Under the pieces are notes generated by a model that was not told where the DNA came from, made no database searches, and worked only from the letters and a program-made list of their open reading frames with translations. Positions 19,533 through 29,187 of a stretch of DNA of 64,000 nucleotides are shown here, one piece after another. The position numbers and the translations under genes are program-made. The DNA is from Candidatus Moraniibacteriota bacterium (GTDB lineage: Bacteria > Patescibacteriota > Minisyncoccia > Moranbacterales > GCA-2747515), in the NCBI GenBank assembly GCA_016699795.1, contig CP065011.1, forward strand, positions 290,474 through 354,473, given 5' to 3'. Within the stretch, counting starts at the first letter, position 1. Every line of letters starts with the position of its first letter.

Positions 19533-21527
19533 CTACATTGTCTGTAGATCGTATGTATATGATGTGGTTTCCATCAGAGAGATTGGTGAGGTGCAGGTGA
19601 ATGATTCTTCTTGTTCTTCAAAGAGAGAATCGTTTGAGGTGCATGGAGTCCATGATCCTGAGAGAGAGTCGAGTTGATACTCTACGTTTTGGATAGTTCC
19701 ATCAGTATCTTTTGTTGTTCCGGTAAGAATAAGAGTGGAATCATTAGTAAGAGGAGGGAGAGGGTTAAGAGTGAGGGAGGGATAGGTGAGGTCTATGGTG
19801 AAGGTGAGAGATTGTGTTGTTTCATTTTGAGAAAGAGCATTGTCTTTGACTCGTATATATACAGTATGAGTTCCTTCTTGAAATTCTTCTGGGGTACAAG
19901 AGAAGATTTCTGAAGATGAATCAAAGAGAGAATCATCTGGAGTACAGGGAGTCCATTCTCCTTCTGTGGAGTCTACTTGGTAGTGTACTTGGTATATATC
20001 AGAAAGTTCATCTATGGTTGTTCCTGTGATGGAGATGGTTGTGTCTGAAGTTGGAGAAGAGATGGGAGTAAGAGTGAGGGAGGGAGGGAGGATGTCAGGG
20101 TCGGTGAAGGAGGCGAGGTTGAGATAGGAAGAGTCATTGTTTATGGAGTTAAAGGAGCCTCCTGCAAGGAGGATGGAGTTGGAGAGAGCGAGGGAATAAA
20201 TGGTACTATTCACGTTCGGATTAAAATCAGGATCAAGCACCCCTGTCAAAACATTGACTTTAGCAAGGCGATTTCTGGTTTGACCTCCGACTGTAGTGAA
20301 ATCTCCTCCGAGGTAGAGATCGGGGCCGGAAGTCAGAAGTGATCGAACGGCATTATCCACATTCGGATTAAAGTTCTCATCCAATACTCCTGTTGTGGTA
20401 TTGACTTTGGCAAGGTGATTGCGGGTTTGACCTCCGACCATAGTGAAGTCTCCTCCCGCATAAAGATCAGATCCGGAGAGGGCGAGAGAGAGAATATAAC
20501 TATTCGCATTTGGATTAAAACTCTCATCCAGTATTCCTGTTGTGGCATTGACTTTGGCAAGACGATTTCGGGTTTGACCTCCGACCGTAGTGAAGTATCC
20601 TCCAAGGTAGAGATCAGAGCCGGAGAGGACCAGGGAATAAACCCGATTATTCACATTCGGATCAAAACTCTCGTCAAGTGCTCCTGTAGTAGCGTTAAGT
20701 TTAGCAAGATCACTTCGATCATAACCTCCTATAAAGTAACTAAACTGGCCTCCTACATAAAGACTAGATCCAGAAAGAACTAAAGAAAAAACATCATCCG
20801 TTATAGTACTCTCAGGATTAAAGTTTGTATCTATTACTCCCGTATCGGCATTGACTTTAGCTAAAAAACTTCTTGATTGTCCTCCGATGCTATAAAATTC
20901 TCCTCCTACATAGAGGTTAGATCCAGAAAGCACAATCGCATTAATAGTATCATCCGCATCAGGATTAAAATTCTCATCCAATGCTCCTGTAATAGCATTC
21001 ACTTTAGCGAGACTATTTCGGATTTGACCTCCGACTGTGGTAAACCGTCCTCCGAGATAAATATTAGATCCAGATAAAAGTAAAGAGTAAACACCACCAC
21101 CATCTGTATTTGGATTGAAATTAGGATCTACTGTACCATCAGAAAGGATATGAGCAACATTGACGGTTTCTACATTTCCTACTTTGGTAAAAGATCCTCC
21201 GATATACCAACCTCCTGATCCATCGGAAAGAGAGGTTCGGACAGTACCATTTACTTTAGGAAACGTTACATCCATTTGATTGGTTGTAGTATCAATTTTT
21301 ACACCATTTCCTGTATAAGGTCCTATTTGAGTAAAAATTCCTCCCAAATAAACATTTCCCTCTCCGTCAGGAATCATAACGCTTACTGATCCACCTGGAA
21401 CACTCTCCCAAGCAGGATTCAATTCCAACTCCCCTGCATGAGCAGAATATGAAAGAAAAAAGAAAACAAAGAACATTCCGAAAAGTGTGGGGAGAAAATG
21501 TGATTTTTTGTAAGAGAGGATTCTCAT
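19533..21527 (-). CDS. Secreted beta-propeller-repeat surface protein (N-terminal, intact-frame part)
   Basis: Signal peptide, then 7-8 tandem ~48-aa repeats SGSxLYxGGxFTxVGGQxRNxLAKVNxxTGxLDxxFNP (delta-60/beta-propeller-like), then Ig-like domains. The 3' end is broken by frameshifts. Confidence 0.7.
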   Translation of the reverse strand: MRILSYKKSHFLPTLFGMFFVFFFLSYSAHAGELELNPAWESVPGGSVSVMIPDGEGNVYLGGIFTQIGPYTGNGVKIDTTTNQMDVTFPKVNGTVRTSLSDGSGGWYIGGSFTKVGNVETVNVAHILSDGTVDPNFNPNTDGGGVYSLLLSGSNIYLGGRFTTVGGQIRNSLAKVNAITGALDENFNPDADDTINAIVLSGSNLYVGGEFYSIGGQSRSFLAKVNADTGVIDTNFNPESTITDDVFSLVLSGSSLYVGGQFSYFIGGYDRSDLAKLNATTGALDESFDPNVNNRVYSLVLSGSDLYLGGYFTTVGGQTRNRLAKVNATTGILDESFNPNANSYILSLALSGSDLYAGGDFTMVGGQTRNHLAKVNTTTGVLDENFNPNVDNAVRSLLTSGPDLYLGGDFTTVGGQTRNRLAKVNVLTGVLDPDFNPNVNSTIYSLALSNSILLAGGSFNSINNDSSYLNLASFTDPDILPPSLTLTPISSPTSDTTISITGTTIDELSDIYQVHYQVDSTEGEWTPCTPDDSLFDSSSEIFSCTPEEFQEGTHTVYIRVKDNALSQNETTQSLTFTIDLTYPSLTLNPLPPLTNDSTLILTGTTKDTDGTIQNVEYQLDSLSGSWTPCTSNDSLFEEQEESFTCTSPISLMETTSYTYDLQTM

Positions 21528-21570
21528 ATTTTTTTATTTCATTATTTTTTTACTCTTTTTAGTATATCAC

Positions 21571-21585
21571 AAAAAAAAGGGGGGG
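21571..21585. repeat. Homopolymeric tract A8G7 in the promoter region of the propeller surface-protein gene
   Basis: aaaaaaaaggggggg lies 44-58 nt upstream of the start codon at 21527. It is the longest G run I found in this AT-rich window. Confidence 0.6.
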
Positions 21586-21704
21586 TGAATTCCTTCTCTC
21601 TTTCATAAATATTTATTTCTTTTTCTTTTATAAACAAAACGAAAAATCAGAATTTCTATCTAAAAACCCTTCATTTTATTTCCTATACATTGTAGAAAAA
21701 ATCT

Positions 21705-22091
21705 CTATTTCTTCATCTCTCGAAGAAGTTTTTTAATTTCTTCGAGATCACTCTGCATATCACGAATTTCAGATTCAGCTTTAGTATCAACGGCAAGATC
21801 CTTAGCTGCTTTTGCACGATCCCAATCAGCAGCGCGATTTTGACTCATAAGAATAATAGGCGCTTGGTATGCTGCCATAAATGAAAGAAAAAGATTGAGA
21901 AGAATAAATGGGTATGGATCCCAGCGATATACAACTAAAAGAATATTTGCAATAATCCATGCACACAATAAACAAGAAAGGATAATAATAAATATCCAAC
22001 TTCCTGCCCACTTAGCAATAGTATCTGCAGCCTTTTGACCAAAGGTTCGTTTTTTTCTAGACAAACGAATTGGTGAATTTATTTTGGGCAT
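21705..22091 (-). CDS. DUF1003-family membrane protein
   Basis: Two TM helices followed by LMSQNRAADWDRAKAAKDLAVDTKAESEI, typical of DUF1003. Confidence 0.6.
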   Translation of the reverse strand: MPKINSPIRLSRKKRTFGQKAADTIAKWAGSWIFIIILSCLLCAWIIANILLVVYRWDPYPFILLNLFLSFMAAYQAPIILMSQNRAADWDRAKAAKDLAVDTKAESEIRDMQSDLEEIKKLLREMKK

Positions 22092-22110
22092 ATTTTTTTA
22101 AGAAATATCT

Positions 22111-22323
22111 CTATTTCCCACAGCAACCCCCTCCACAACATCCGCCCTCTTCTTCCTTTTCAATTTTAAGATGTGTTCCATCGCAACGACCTTCTTCATT
22201 TTCTGTATATCCACAAGAGCAAAGAGATACTGTTTCATTTGCATTTTCTGCATTAGTCAAAATATGAGGTCCTTTTCCGATACCTCCCATTTTCGTAATT
22301 ATATATTTTTTTTCTTCGTTCAT
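22111..22323 (-). CDS. CDGSH-like iron-sulfur mini-protein with C-terminal poly-Cys/Gly tail
   Basis: LCSCGYTENEEGRCDGTHL matches the CDGSH signature CxCxx[ST]...CDG[SAT]H with a 1-residue insertion. The protein ends GGCCGGGCCGK. Gaps to ileS and to the DUF1003 gene are about 20 nt each. Confidence 0.5.
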   Translation of the reverse strand: MNEEKKYIITKMGGIGKGPHILTNAENANETVSLCSCGYTENEEGRCDGTHLKIEKEEEGGCCGGGCCGK

Positions 22324-22343
22324 ATAAATTCTTCTTTACTCTA

Positions 22344-25300
22344 TTATTTTTCCACCTTTTTTATCGTTAAAATGACTGTCCAATCATTCACAGTAATTTC
22401 CTTTTCTGCATCAGCATTTTCTATCCTACCAGAGATAACCTCTTTTGCCAAAGTTTCTTTGGCAATAAGTGATGCTCCAAAAAGAGAAAAAACTTCTTCC
22501 GCTCCAACATATCCCAAATGAATACGATTTTCTACGTCATATTTTGCTTGATTTCGCATTTCCTGAATAACGCGAATAATCGTTCTTGCGAGGCCTTCAA
22601 GCTTTAGCTCTGGAGTAATGTTTGTATCAAGTTCTACATCGAAACATTTTTCGTCTTCTTTGCAGATCACTTTTTTTACATTCAATTCTTCTTTGATAAT
22701 TTTTTTATATTGACTGGAAGAAATAATTACAGGAAGAGTTACTGAAGCAAGTGGTCTTCGAACTTCAATACCAGCTTCTGCACGTTTTTGTAAGCCTTTG
22801 GAAATATATTCTCGCGCTAAATCCATATTTTGCAAAACCTCCTCATCAATATTTTCATCCTTTGTTTGAGGATAATCTTCCAAATGTACTGATTCTTTTT
22901 TCGTTAAGTTTCGATATATTTCTTCAGAAATAAATGGCGCAAATGGAGCTAAAAGTTTAGAAAATTCTACAAGAACATAGTAAAGAGTTTCGTAGGCCTC
23001 TTTTTTGTCCGCATCATTTTCACTTTTCCAGAAACGTTTTCGACTTCTTCGTATATACCAATTAGAAAGATCGTCCACAAATGGAGCAAAATATCTCGTA
23101 GCCCGTGCCAATTCATAAAGCTCCATAGCTTCATTCACTTTCTTTGTCAGTACCCAAAATTTAGAAAGTAACCATCTGTCCAAAACATGCTTTTTTTTCT
23201 TTGTTACAGGAGTAATAGAAATATCTTGCGGAAGAAAACCATCCACATTGGCATACATAGTAAAAAAAGCATACGTATTTTGAAGCATTCGAAACATTCC
23301 TCGAAAAATTTCCGCTATATCCTTCTCCGAAAAATTTAAATTTTCTGCCATAACTACGGGCGAGCCCAAAAGATACATTCGAAGCGTATCCGCACCATAT
23401 TTTTCAATAATACCAGAAGGATCTGGATAATTTTTTAATTTTTTGGACATTTTTTTTCCATCCTGAGCTAAAACAATTCCATTTACAATAACATGAGAAA
23501 ATGCTCTTTTCTCTTCTATTCCAGAGGCTAAAACATGCAAATAATAAAACCATGCGCGCGTTTGATCCACGCCTTCGGCAATAAAATCTGCGGGAAATGT
23601 TTCTTGAAATTTCTTTTCATTTTCAAAGGGATAATGAAGTTGAGCATAGGGCATTGATCCACTATCAAACCAGGTATCCAAAACATCAGGAATCCGATTC
23701 ATCTTTCCTCCACATTCACAAGGAAGAGTTACTTCATCAATATATGGACGATGAATATCCACCTTCTTGGAAAAAATAGAGCGAATCTGTGCATTCTGAG
23801 CATGCCATAATTTTTGTTCTGAAAGATCTTCTTTATTTGAAAGTATCGCTTCAATAGCCAAAAGAGAATCTTGATGACCCACAAGTACAATAGTTTTTCC
23901 TGAATATTTAGCATTGATATCTTTGATAAGTAATCGGGCGCGTTTAAGAATATCTTCAAACGTTTCCACTTGATCTGTATTTTCTTTCTGCGAAGAAACA
24001 TTAGGATATTTTTTCCGAATATCTTGTACTTTTTTTCCTTCAAAAACTCCGAATGAAGTTTCTCGAAGGCGATCATCTTCGATAATATCAGATACTTCTT
24101 TTTCCCCTATTGTAGCGATAATCTCAGCTGTTTGACGAGCTCTTGTAAGTGGCGAAGTTATAATTATATCTACGAATTTTGTCGAGAGTTCTTTTCCGGC
24201 TTCTTCTACTTGCTGTATTCCATTTTGAGTGAGTGTATTTTTTGGATCTCCTTGAGAGTCAAGAAATAATTCAACATTACTCAATGCTTGAGCATGCCGA
24301 ACAAGATAGAGACGATTTACTCCCCCAAGTTCAGAGGCTATTTCCATAACAGAAGAAATGACTCGCGTTTTTGAGCAGTCTTCACATTTCCAAATCGGCA
24401 TCACACTTGCCCAAAATCGTTGTCGGCTTATAGACCAATCTCTAGCCCCAGAAAGCCAATTACCAAATCTTCCTTCTTTAATATGTTCTGGAACCCAATG
24501 AATATCCTGAGCATTGGTAAGACATTTTTCTTTAATCTTTTCTACAGCAACAAACCAACTTCCTGTCGCATAATTAAGAAGGGCCGTATCACAACGCCAA
24601 CAATGAGGATAGCTATGTTCGTATTTAGCATGAGAAAAATAACCTCCGCTTTTTTGCAAAGCTTTGAGGAAAAAAATATCAATTTCTCGGACATCTTTTG
24701 GATTTCCCTTAGCACGGAGTTTTATATCTTGCCCTGAAAACTCACCAAAACCATCAAGGATTATTCCATCTTTTCCTACGTGCTGAACGAAAGGAAGATT
24801 GTTTGTCTTTCCTATATTCATATCATCTTCTCCAAAAGCTGGAGCGATATGAACAACACCAGCTCCTTCGTCCGTAGTAACAAAATCAGCGTGATAAATC
24901 TTCCATCCATTTTCTTTATTTTTCAATTCAGTATTCGAAAAAGGGAAAATAGGACGATATGATTTCCCCAAAAGTTTTTCTCCAAAAAATTCTTCTTTCA
25001 TTTCATATTCAAAACCTCCCAAAACTTGAGATAATCGATTTTTGGCTATGATAAAAGTTTCTCCGTCAAAGGCTTTTATTTGTACACGACAATATTCAAT
25101 ATCTTTACCCACTGCAAGGGCTACATTTCCTAGTATCGTCCATGGCGTAGTAGTCCACGCTAAAATGTATGTTTGAGGCTCATCTTCAAGTTCGAATTTA
25201 ACGGTTACAGAAAGATCTTTGATATCTAAATATCCTTCAGCAACTTCTGATTGTGACAAGGTTGTCTCACATCGAGGACAAATATGCATAGATCGGTATC

Positions 25301-25844
25301 CCTCATAAATATAACCCTTCTTCCAAAGCTCTCCAAAAACCCACCAAACACTCTCCATATATTCCGGGTCCATCGTTCGATAGGGATCATCCATATCTGC
25401 CCACCGGCCAAAGAGATCGATAATTTTCTCCCACTCTGAAACATATTTAAAAACATTATCACGACAACGTGCATTAAACGCTTCAATACCGAGTTGTTCT
25501 ATGTCCTTCTTACTCTTTGAACCAAGTTCTTTTTCAACTATGTTTTCAATAGGAAGTCCATGACAATCCCAACCCCATCGTCGCTCCACATACTTCCCTC
25601 GCATAGTCCAATATCTTGGAATAGTGTCTTTTATAACACTTGCTACTAAATGACCATAATGAGGTGTTCCTGTAGCAAAAGGTGGTCCATCAAAAAAAGA
25701 ATATCGCTCATTCTCTCTTCGGTGAGCAATAGTTTTTTTAAAAATATTATTTTCCTTCCAATATTTTTGAACCTCTTTTTCTCGGCTGAGCACGGACTTC
25801 CGTGAATCAACCAAACTAAATAAAGGTTTTTGTTCTGTATTCAT
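22344..25844 (-). CDS. ileS: Isoleucine--tRNA ligase, type 2, with an inserted histidine-phosphatase domain
   Basis: HYGH and KMSKKL class I motifs, a CP1 editing region and WSISRQRFW. Between WKCEDC and HRPYID sits a ~190-aa insert (aa ~510-690, nt ~23775-24320) carrying LVRHAQ, TSPLTRARQTA and LVGHQDSL, the branch-1 histidine phosphatase signatures. Confidence 0.9.
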   Translation of the reverse strand: MNTEQKPLFSLVDSRKSVLSREKEVQKYWKENNIFKKTIAHRRENERYSFFDGPPFATGTPHYGHLVASVIKDTIPRYWTMRGKYVERRWGWDCHGLPIENIVEKELGSKSKKDIEQLGIEAFNARCRDNVFKYVSEWEKIIDLFGRWADMDDPYRTMDPEYMESVWWVFGELWKKGYIYEGYRSMHICPRCETTLSQSEVAEGYLDIKDLSVTVKFELEDEPQTYILAWTTTPWTILGNVALAVGKDIEYCRVQIKAFDGETFIIAKNRLSQVLGGFEYEMKEEFFGEKLLGKSYRPIFPFSNTELKNKENGWKIYHADFVTTDEGAGVVHIAPAFGEDDMNIGKTNNLPFVQHVGKDGIILDGFGEFSGQDIKLRAKGNPKDVREIDIFFLKALQKSGGYFSHAKYEHSYPHCWRCDTALLNYATGSWFVAVEKIKEKCLTNAQDIHWVPEHIKEGRFGNWLSGARDWSISRQRFWASVMPIWKCEDCSKTRVISSVMEIASELGGVNRLYLVRHAQALSNVELFLDSQGDPKNTLTQNGIQQVEEAGKELSTKFVDIIITSPLTRARQTAEIIATIGEKEVSDIIEDDRLRETSFGVFEGKKVQDIRKKYPNVSSQKENTDQVETFEDILKRARLLIKDINAKYSGKTIVLVGHQDSLLAIEAILSNKEDLSEQKLWHAQNAQIRSIFSKKVDIHRPYIDEVTLPCECGGKMNRIPDVLDTWFDSGSMPYAQLHYPFENEKKFQETFPADFIAEGVDQTRAWFYYLHVLASGIEEKRAFSHVIVNGIVLAQDGKKMSKKLKNYPDPSGIIEKYGADTLRMYLLGSPVVMAENLNFSEKDIAEIFRGMFRMLQNTYAFFTMYANVDGFLPQDISITPVTKKKKHVLDRWLLSKFWVLTKKVNEAMELYELARATRYFAPFVDDLSNWYIRRSRKRFWKSENDADKKEAYETLYYVLVEFSKLLAPFAPFISEEIYRNLTKKESVHLEDYPQTKDENIDEEVLQNMDLAREYISKGLQKRAEAGIEVRRPLASVTLPVIISSSQYKKIIKEELNVKKVICKEDEKCFDVELDTNITPELKLEGLARTIIRVIQEMRNQAKYDVENRIHLGYVGAEEVFSLFGASLIAKETLAKEVISGRIENADAEKEITVNDWTVILTIKKVEK

Positions 25845-25918
25845 ATATCCTAGTGTGCGACAAAATTATTTTTTTTTCAAGTAGAAAAAAATGTATTGTT
25901 TCTAAACTATTCTTTCTT

Positions 25919-27112
25919 TTATTTTTTCAAAATATTTTTGTATACTTCCAATGTTTTTTTGGCTGTTTGTTTCCAAGAAAAATTTTTGGCCTGTTGTATT
26001 CCCTTTTGAGCACACTCATGACGAAGTTTTTCATTTTTTACAAAAAGATTCATAGTCTGAGCCATTTCTTGAATATTTCTCGGATCAATGTACGTAACAG
26101 CATCACGAGCAATTTCAGGAATGGACGATGCTTTTGTGGCAATTGTTGGAGTACCTGTAGCAAGTGCCTCTAAAACCGTCGATCCAAAACCCTCATAGAG
26201 TGATGGCATTATGAAAAATTCCGCATTATGAAAAAGTGGTAAAAGATCGTCTCCTACAACATAGCCAGTAAATGCTATGCGAGAAAGAATTCCCAAATCT
26301 TTAGCCACTTGTCGATATTCCTCCGAAAACCAACCACTCTTTCCAGCAACCACCAAGGTAAAATCTTTCGAAACCCCTTTCATTTTCAAAAAAAGTGCGA
26401 ATGCTTCCAAAAGCCTCGTTATATTATTTATCGGAGAAAGTGTTCCAAGAAACAATGCATAAGGAGTAGCAATTTTATGTTTTACTCGAAAATCTGCGCC
26501 ATCTCCGGTAGGTGCTTTAAAAAATCTTTCATCTACACCAGCATAAACCACAGAAATCTTTTTTTTCTTTACACCAAATTTCTCGACTATTTCATCAGAA
26601 AGAAATTGAGAAGCAGAAATAATATGATCACTTTTTTTGACCATATAACGAATGAGCGATTGCTCTCTAATTCTTTGGGGAATAGAATACATTTCTGGAA
26701 AAACAAAAGCTCCTAAGGAATGTATTGTTGTTACACATGCTCCTTTATAAAGAAGAGGAATGCGACTCATTACTGAGGTAGAATGAAGAATATCAAGTTT
26801 TTCTCTCGTAATGGTTGCAAGACCAAGTATTTCACTATATGCCCCTGGAAGATATTTCTTATAATCAGAAAAAGGATAAAAACGAACCGAAACATGAGGA
26901 AGGGAAAATTTCTTAATATCTTTCTCGCGAACACGATAATCAAAAAATAAAACATATTCATTTTTCTTATCTTCTTCTATAAGATGTCTGATAAGCTGAT
27001 ATGTGTAATGACCAGAACCTATCGCATCTCCGTGCTCAGGATTGAGTATGGTTCTTGCATCAATTCCTATTCTCATACGCGTACATTTAAAAAATTCCAA
27101 AGAAACGAACAT
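25919..27112 (-). CDS. Glycosyltransferase family 4 (likely start 27076, MRIGID)
   Basis: EX7E region MPSLYEGFGSTVLEALATGTPTIATKASSIPEI. N-terminal GT-B domain. Confidence 0.75.
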   Translation of the reverse strand: MFVSLEFFKCTRMRIGIDARTILNPEHGDAIGSGHYTYQLIRHLIEEDKKNEYVLFFDYRVREKDIKKFSLPHVSVRFYPFSDYKKYLPGAYSEILGLATITREKLDILHSTSVMSRIPLLYKGACVTTIHSLGAFVFPEMYSIPQRIREQSLIRYMVKKSDHIISASQFLSDEIVEKFGVKKKKISVVYAGVDERFFKAPTGDGADFRVKHKIATPYALFLGTLSPINNITRLLEAFALFLKMKGVSKDFTLVVAGKSGWFSEEYRQVAKDLGILSRIAFTGYVVGDDLLPLFHNAEFFIMPSLYEGFGSTVLEALATGTPTIATKASSIPEIARDAVTYIDPRNIQEMAQTMNLFVKNEKLRHECAQKGIQQAKNFSWKQTAKKTLEVYKNILKK

Positions 27113-27165
27113 CTATCTATTCATCTTCATCCTTTACCCTTCATTCGTCAAGGAAAGTACTCTAT

Positions 27166-27501
27166 TTATTTTCCCAATTTTCCGCTTATAAGGGAAACAA
27201 GGAAACCAAGAAGAACAAGTAATCCTCCAAGGATAAAATATCCAGCATAAGAAGTTCCTGTAAAACTATTAAGTAAATGAACAGATCCTAGTACTAATAA
27301 TACTACACCCAAAAAAGATATTCCCACCACTACTGATTTGCGAACAATGTTTGCAATAGCCATTTCAAAAGAAGATCGAATTCTTCCCACAAAACCATCG
27401 CTAAATTCTCGTATAACCGTGGTTGCGTACGTCATTACAAGTTCCCGCCATTCAAAAGCGCTTTCTTCTTTTGCTTGTTTTTTTTCTTGTTTTTCTGTCA
27501 T
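27166..27501 (-). CDS. Small membrane protein (2 TM)
   Basis: 111-aa ORF with a charged N-terminus and two hydrophobic helices. Confidence 0.4.
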   Translation of the reverse strand: MTEKQEKKQAKEESAFEWRELVMTYATTVIREFSDGFVGRIRSSFEMAIANIVRKSVVVGISFLGVVLLVLGSVHLLNSFTGTSYAGYFILGGLLVLLGFLVSLISGKLGK

Positions 27502-27750
27502 ATATATATTTTAAAAAGTTATAAAGTAAAATTTACTATTTTCATAGTATACGATTTTCTCATTTTCGTCATATAAAAATAGTTTTACTCCTCATCCTTC
27601 GTATTTCCCATAGTAGCACGTTTTTCATTATCTGACTGGTATTCATTTCTTTTCTGAGACACATTGAACGCCCCAAACTTAATCTCACCTCATCGAAGTT
27701 TTTACAAAAAAAGTAATATTTAAATTAATACCTAAAAATAGAGAAGGCTT

Positions 27751-29184
27751 TTATTTAGCTGCTTCTGGAGTAAGTTGAAATGATGCATCTTTTTCTAAAA
27801 GTGCTGACTGAGAAAATTCCCCTTTCGAAGTTTTAATAGTCAATTTCAAAGGAACATCCCCCAGACCAGATTGTTTCTGAAGAAGGATTCGATAATTTTC
27901 TGGATTTTTAAATTTTTCTGGAAGTTGATACACAATTTTTCCTTTCGTAGAACCCCCTATAAGCACATCTACCTTGGCACCAAAATACGTTTTTCCAAAT
28001 TCGTCTTTTGTTATAGGAGATCCCACCATTTCACGACTCAAAAGAACAGAGCCTTGAGGAACATATAAGCGCAAATAGCTATGATAATCACTTGTCCTCC
28101 AATCCCCATATGGAGCTGTATGTTCATAAGTATAAACAAATGTCGCTGTAGGTACTTCACCACTAATATCTACCAAATATTCTATAGAACGTTTCATATA
28201 ATAATCACTCTTAAGCGCTCCCATATTCGAATCAACCGCCATAAGATAATCACCATCCCACTCAGTATTCACACTTCCATCCCAACTATTTTTCTTGGCC
28301 ATTTGTTGGAGCTCTTCATCCTGAAACCAAAGCATTATATTTTTTTTCTGCATTTGTGTGATTGAAAAATCTACAAGTTTAGAAATATTATCGATCGACA
28401 TTAATTTATCGATGATAAGTGGGGCCATAACCTTTATAATATTTTTTCTTTGTTCTTTTGCTTCAGCAGAAACATCATCTCCCAAATAAGCCTTTTCCAC
28501 AATTTCTTGAAGTTTCCACGCTGCATTTTCACTCGTAAACTCTGTTGAATATCCAGGGACTCGAAGAGGTCCTGTAATTTCTAAGACGCGATTTAAGACT
28601 TCAGCATTCACAGCGATCACACCATCAAAATTCTTATTTCCCCCACTCAGTCCATAGAAATATTTTATTTTCTCTACATTAGTAGGGAAATCAGGAGAAA
28701 AATTACTATCTCGAAATTTCCAATTTTTAATACCTATCATTTGTTTAAATGGATACGGTGCTGGTACCGTAGCATAAATCCGCTGATCCAAAAGATTAGC
28801 ATCTTCCACAAACAATTTCCCCACTTCGCCATTAAGAACTTCTACTACAGCATACTGACCCAGAAATCCCCCTCCCGGACGAAGTTCGTACTGATTTTGT
28901 AAAAGAATCAGATACCTTCGTTTTACACTATCACCCTTTAAGACCGAATGAGCTATCGCATTAGCACCTCCTATTAAATCTTTTGTGTCCTGATTTATAG
29001 GCAAAAATTTCATAGTAGCATCAGCAAGCGTTACCGCGTTGAGAAGTACTGTTGTTTTTTGAACACCTTTGAAGCTAAAAATAATTATCCCTCCCACAAC
29101 CACAAATACTATAACCAAAAAAAGAGAAAAATTTTTTTTATTTTTAAAGTGAAGAAATGATTTATTTTTCATATTTTTGTTCAA
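27751..29184 (-). CDS. DUF4012 domain protein (N-terminal TM anchor)
   Basis: RYLILLQNQYELRPGGGFLGQYAVVEV matches the conserved DUF4012 core. This family is often found in cell-wall polysaccharide loci. Confidence 0.6.
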   Translation of the reverse strand: MNKNMKNKSFLHFKNKKNFSLFLVIVFVVVGGIIIFSFKGVQKTTVLLNAVTLADATMKFLPINQDTKDLIGGANAIAHSVLKGDSVKRRYLILLQNQYELRPGGGFLGQYAVVEVLNGEVGKLFVEDANLLDQRIYATVPAPYPFKQMIGIKNWKFRDSNFSPDFPTNVEKIKYFYGLSGGNKNFDGVIAVNAEVLNRVLEITGPLRVPGYSTEFTSENAAWKLQEIVEKAYLGDDVSAEAKEQRKNIIKVMAPLIIDKLMSIDNISKLVDFSITQMQKKNIMLWFQDEELQQMAKKNSWDGSVNTEWDGDYLMAVDSNMGALKSDYYMKRSIEYLVDISGEVPTATFVYTYEHTAPYGDWRTSDYHSYLRLYVPQGSVLLSREMVGSPITKDEFGKTYFGAKVDVLIGGSTKGKIVYQLPEKFKNPENYRILLQKQSGLGDVPLKLTIKTSKGEFSQSALLEKDASFQLTPEAAK

Positions 29185-29187
29185 ACT

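Noticed and set aside
22070-22521. Plus-strand ORFs 22070-22267 and 22171-22521 overlapping the CDGSH gene and the ileS 3' end.
   Set aside because: The minus-strand reading carries a recognisable CDGSH motif and operon context. The plus-strand ORFs are Pro/Ser-rich, low-complexity translations of the opposite strand.
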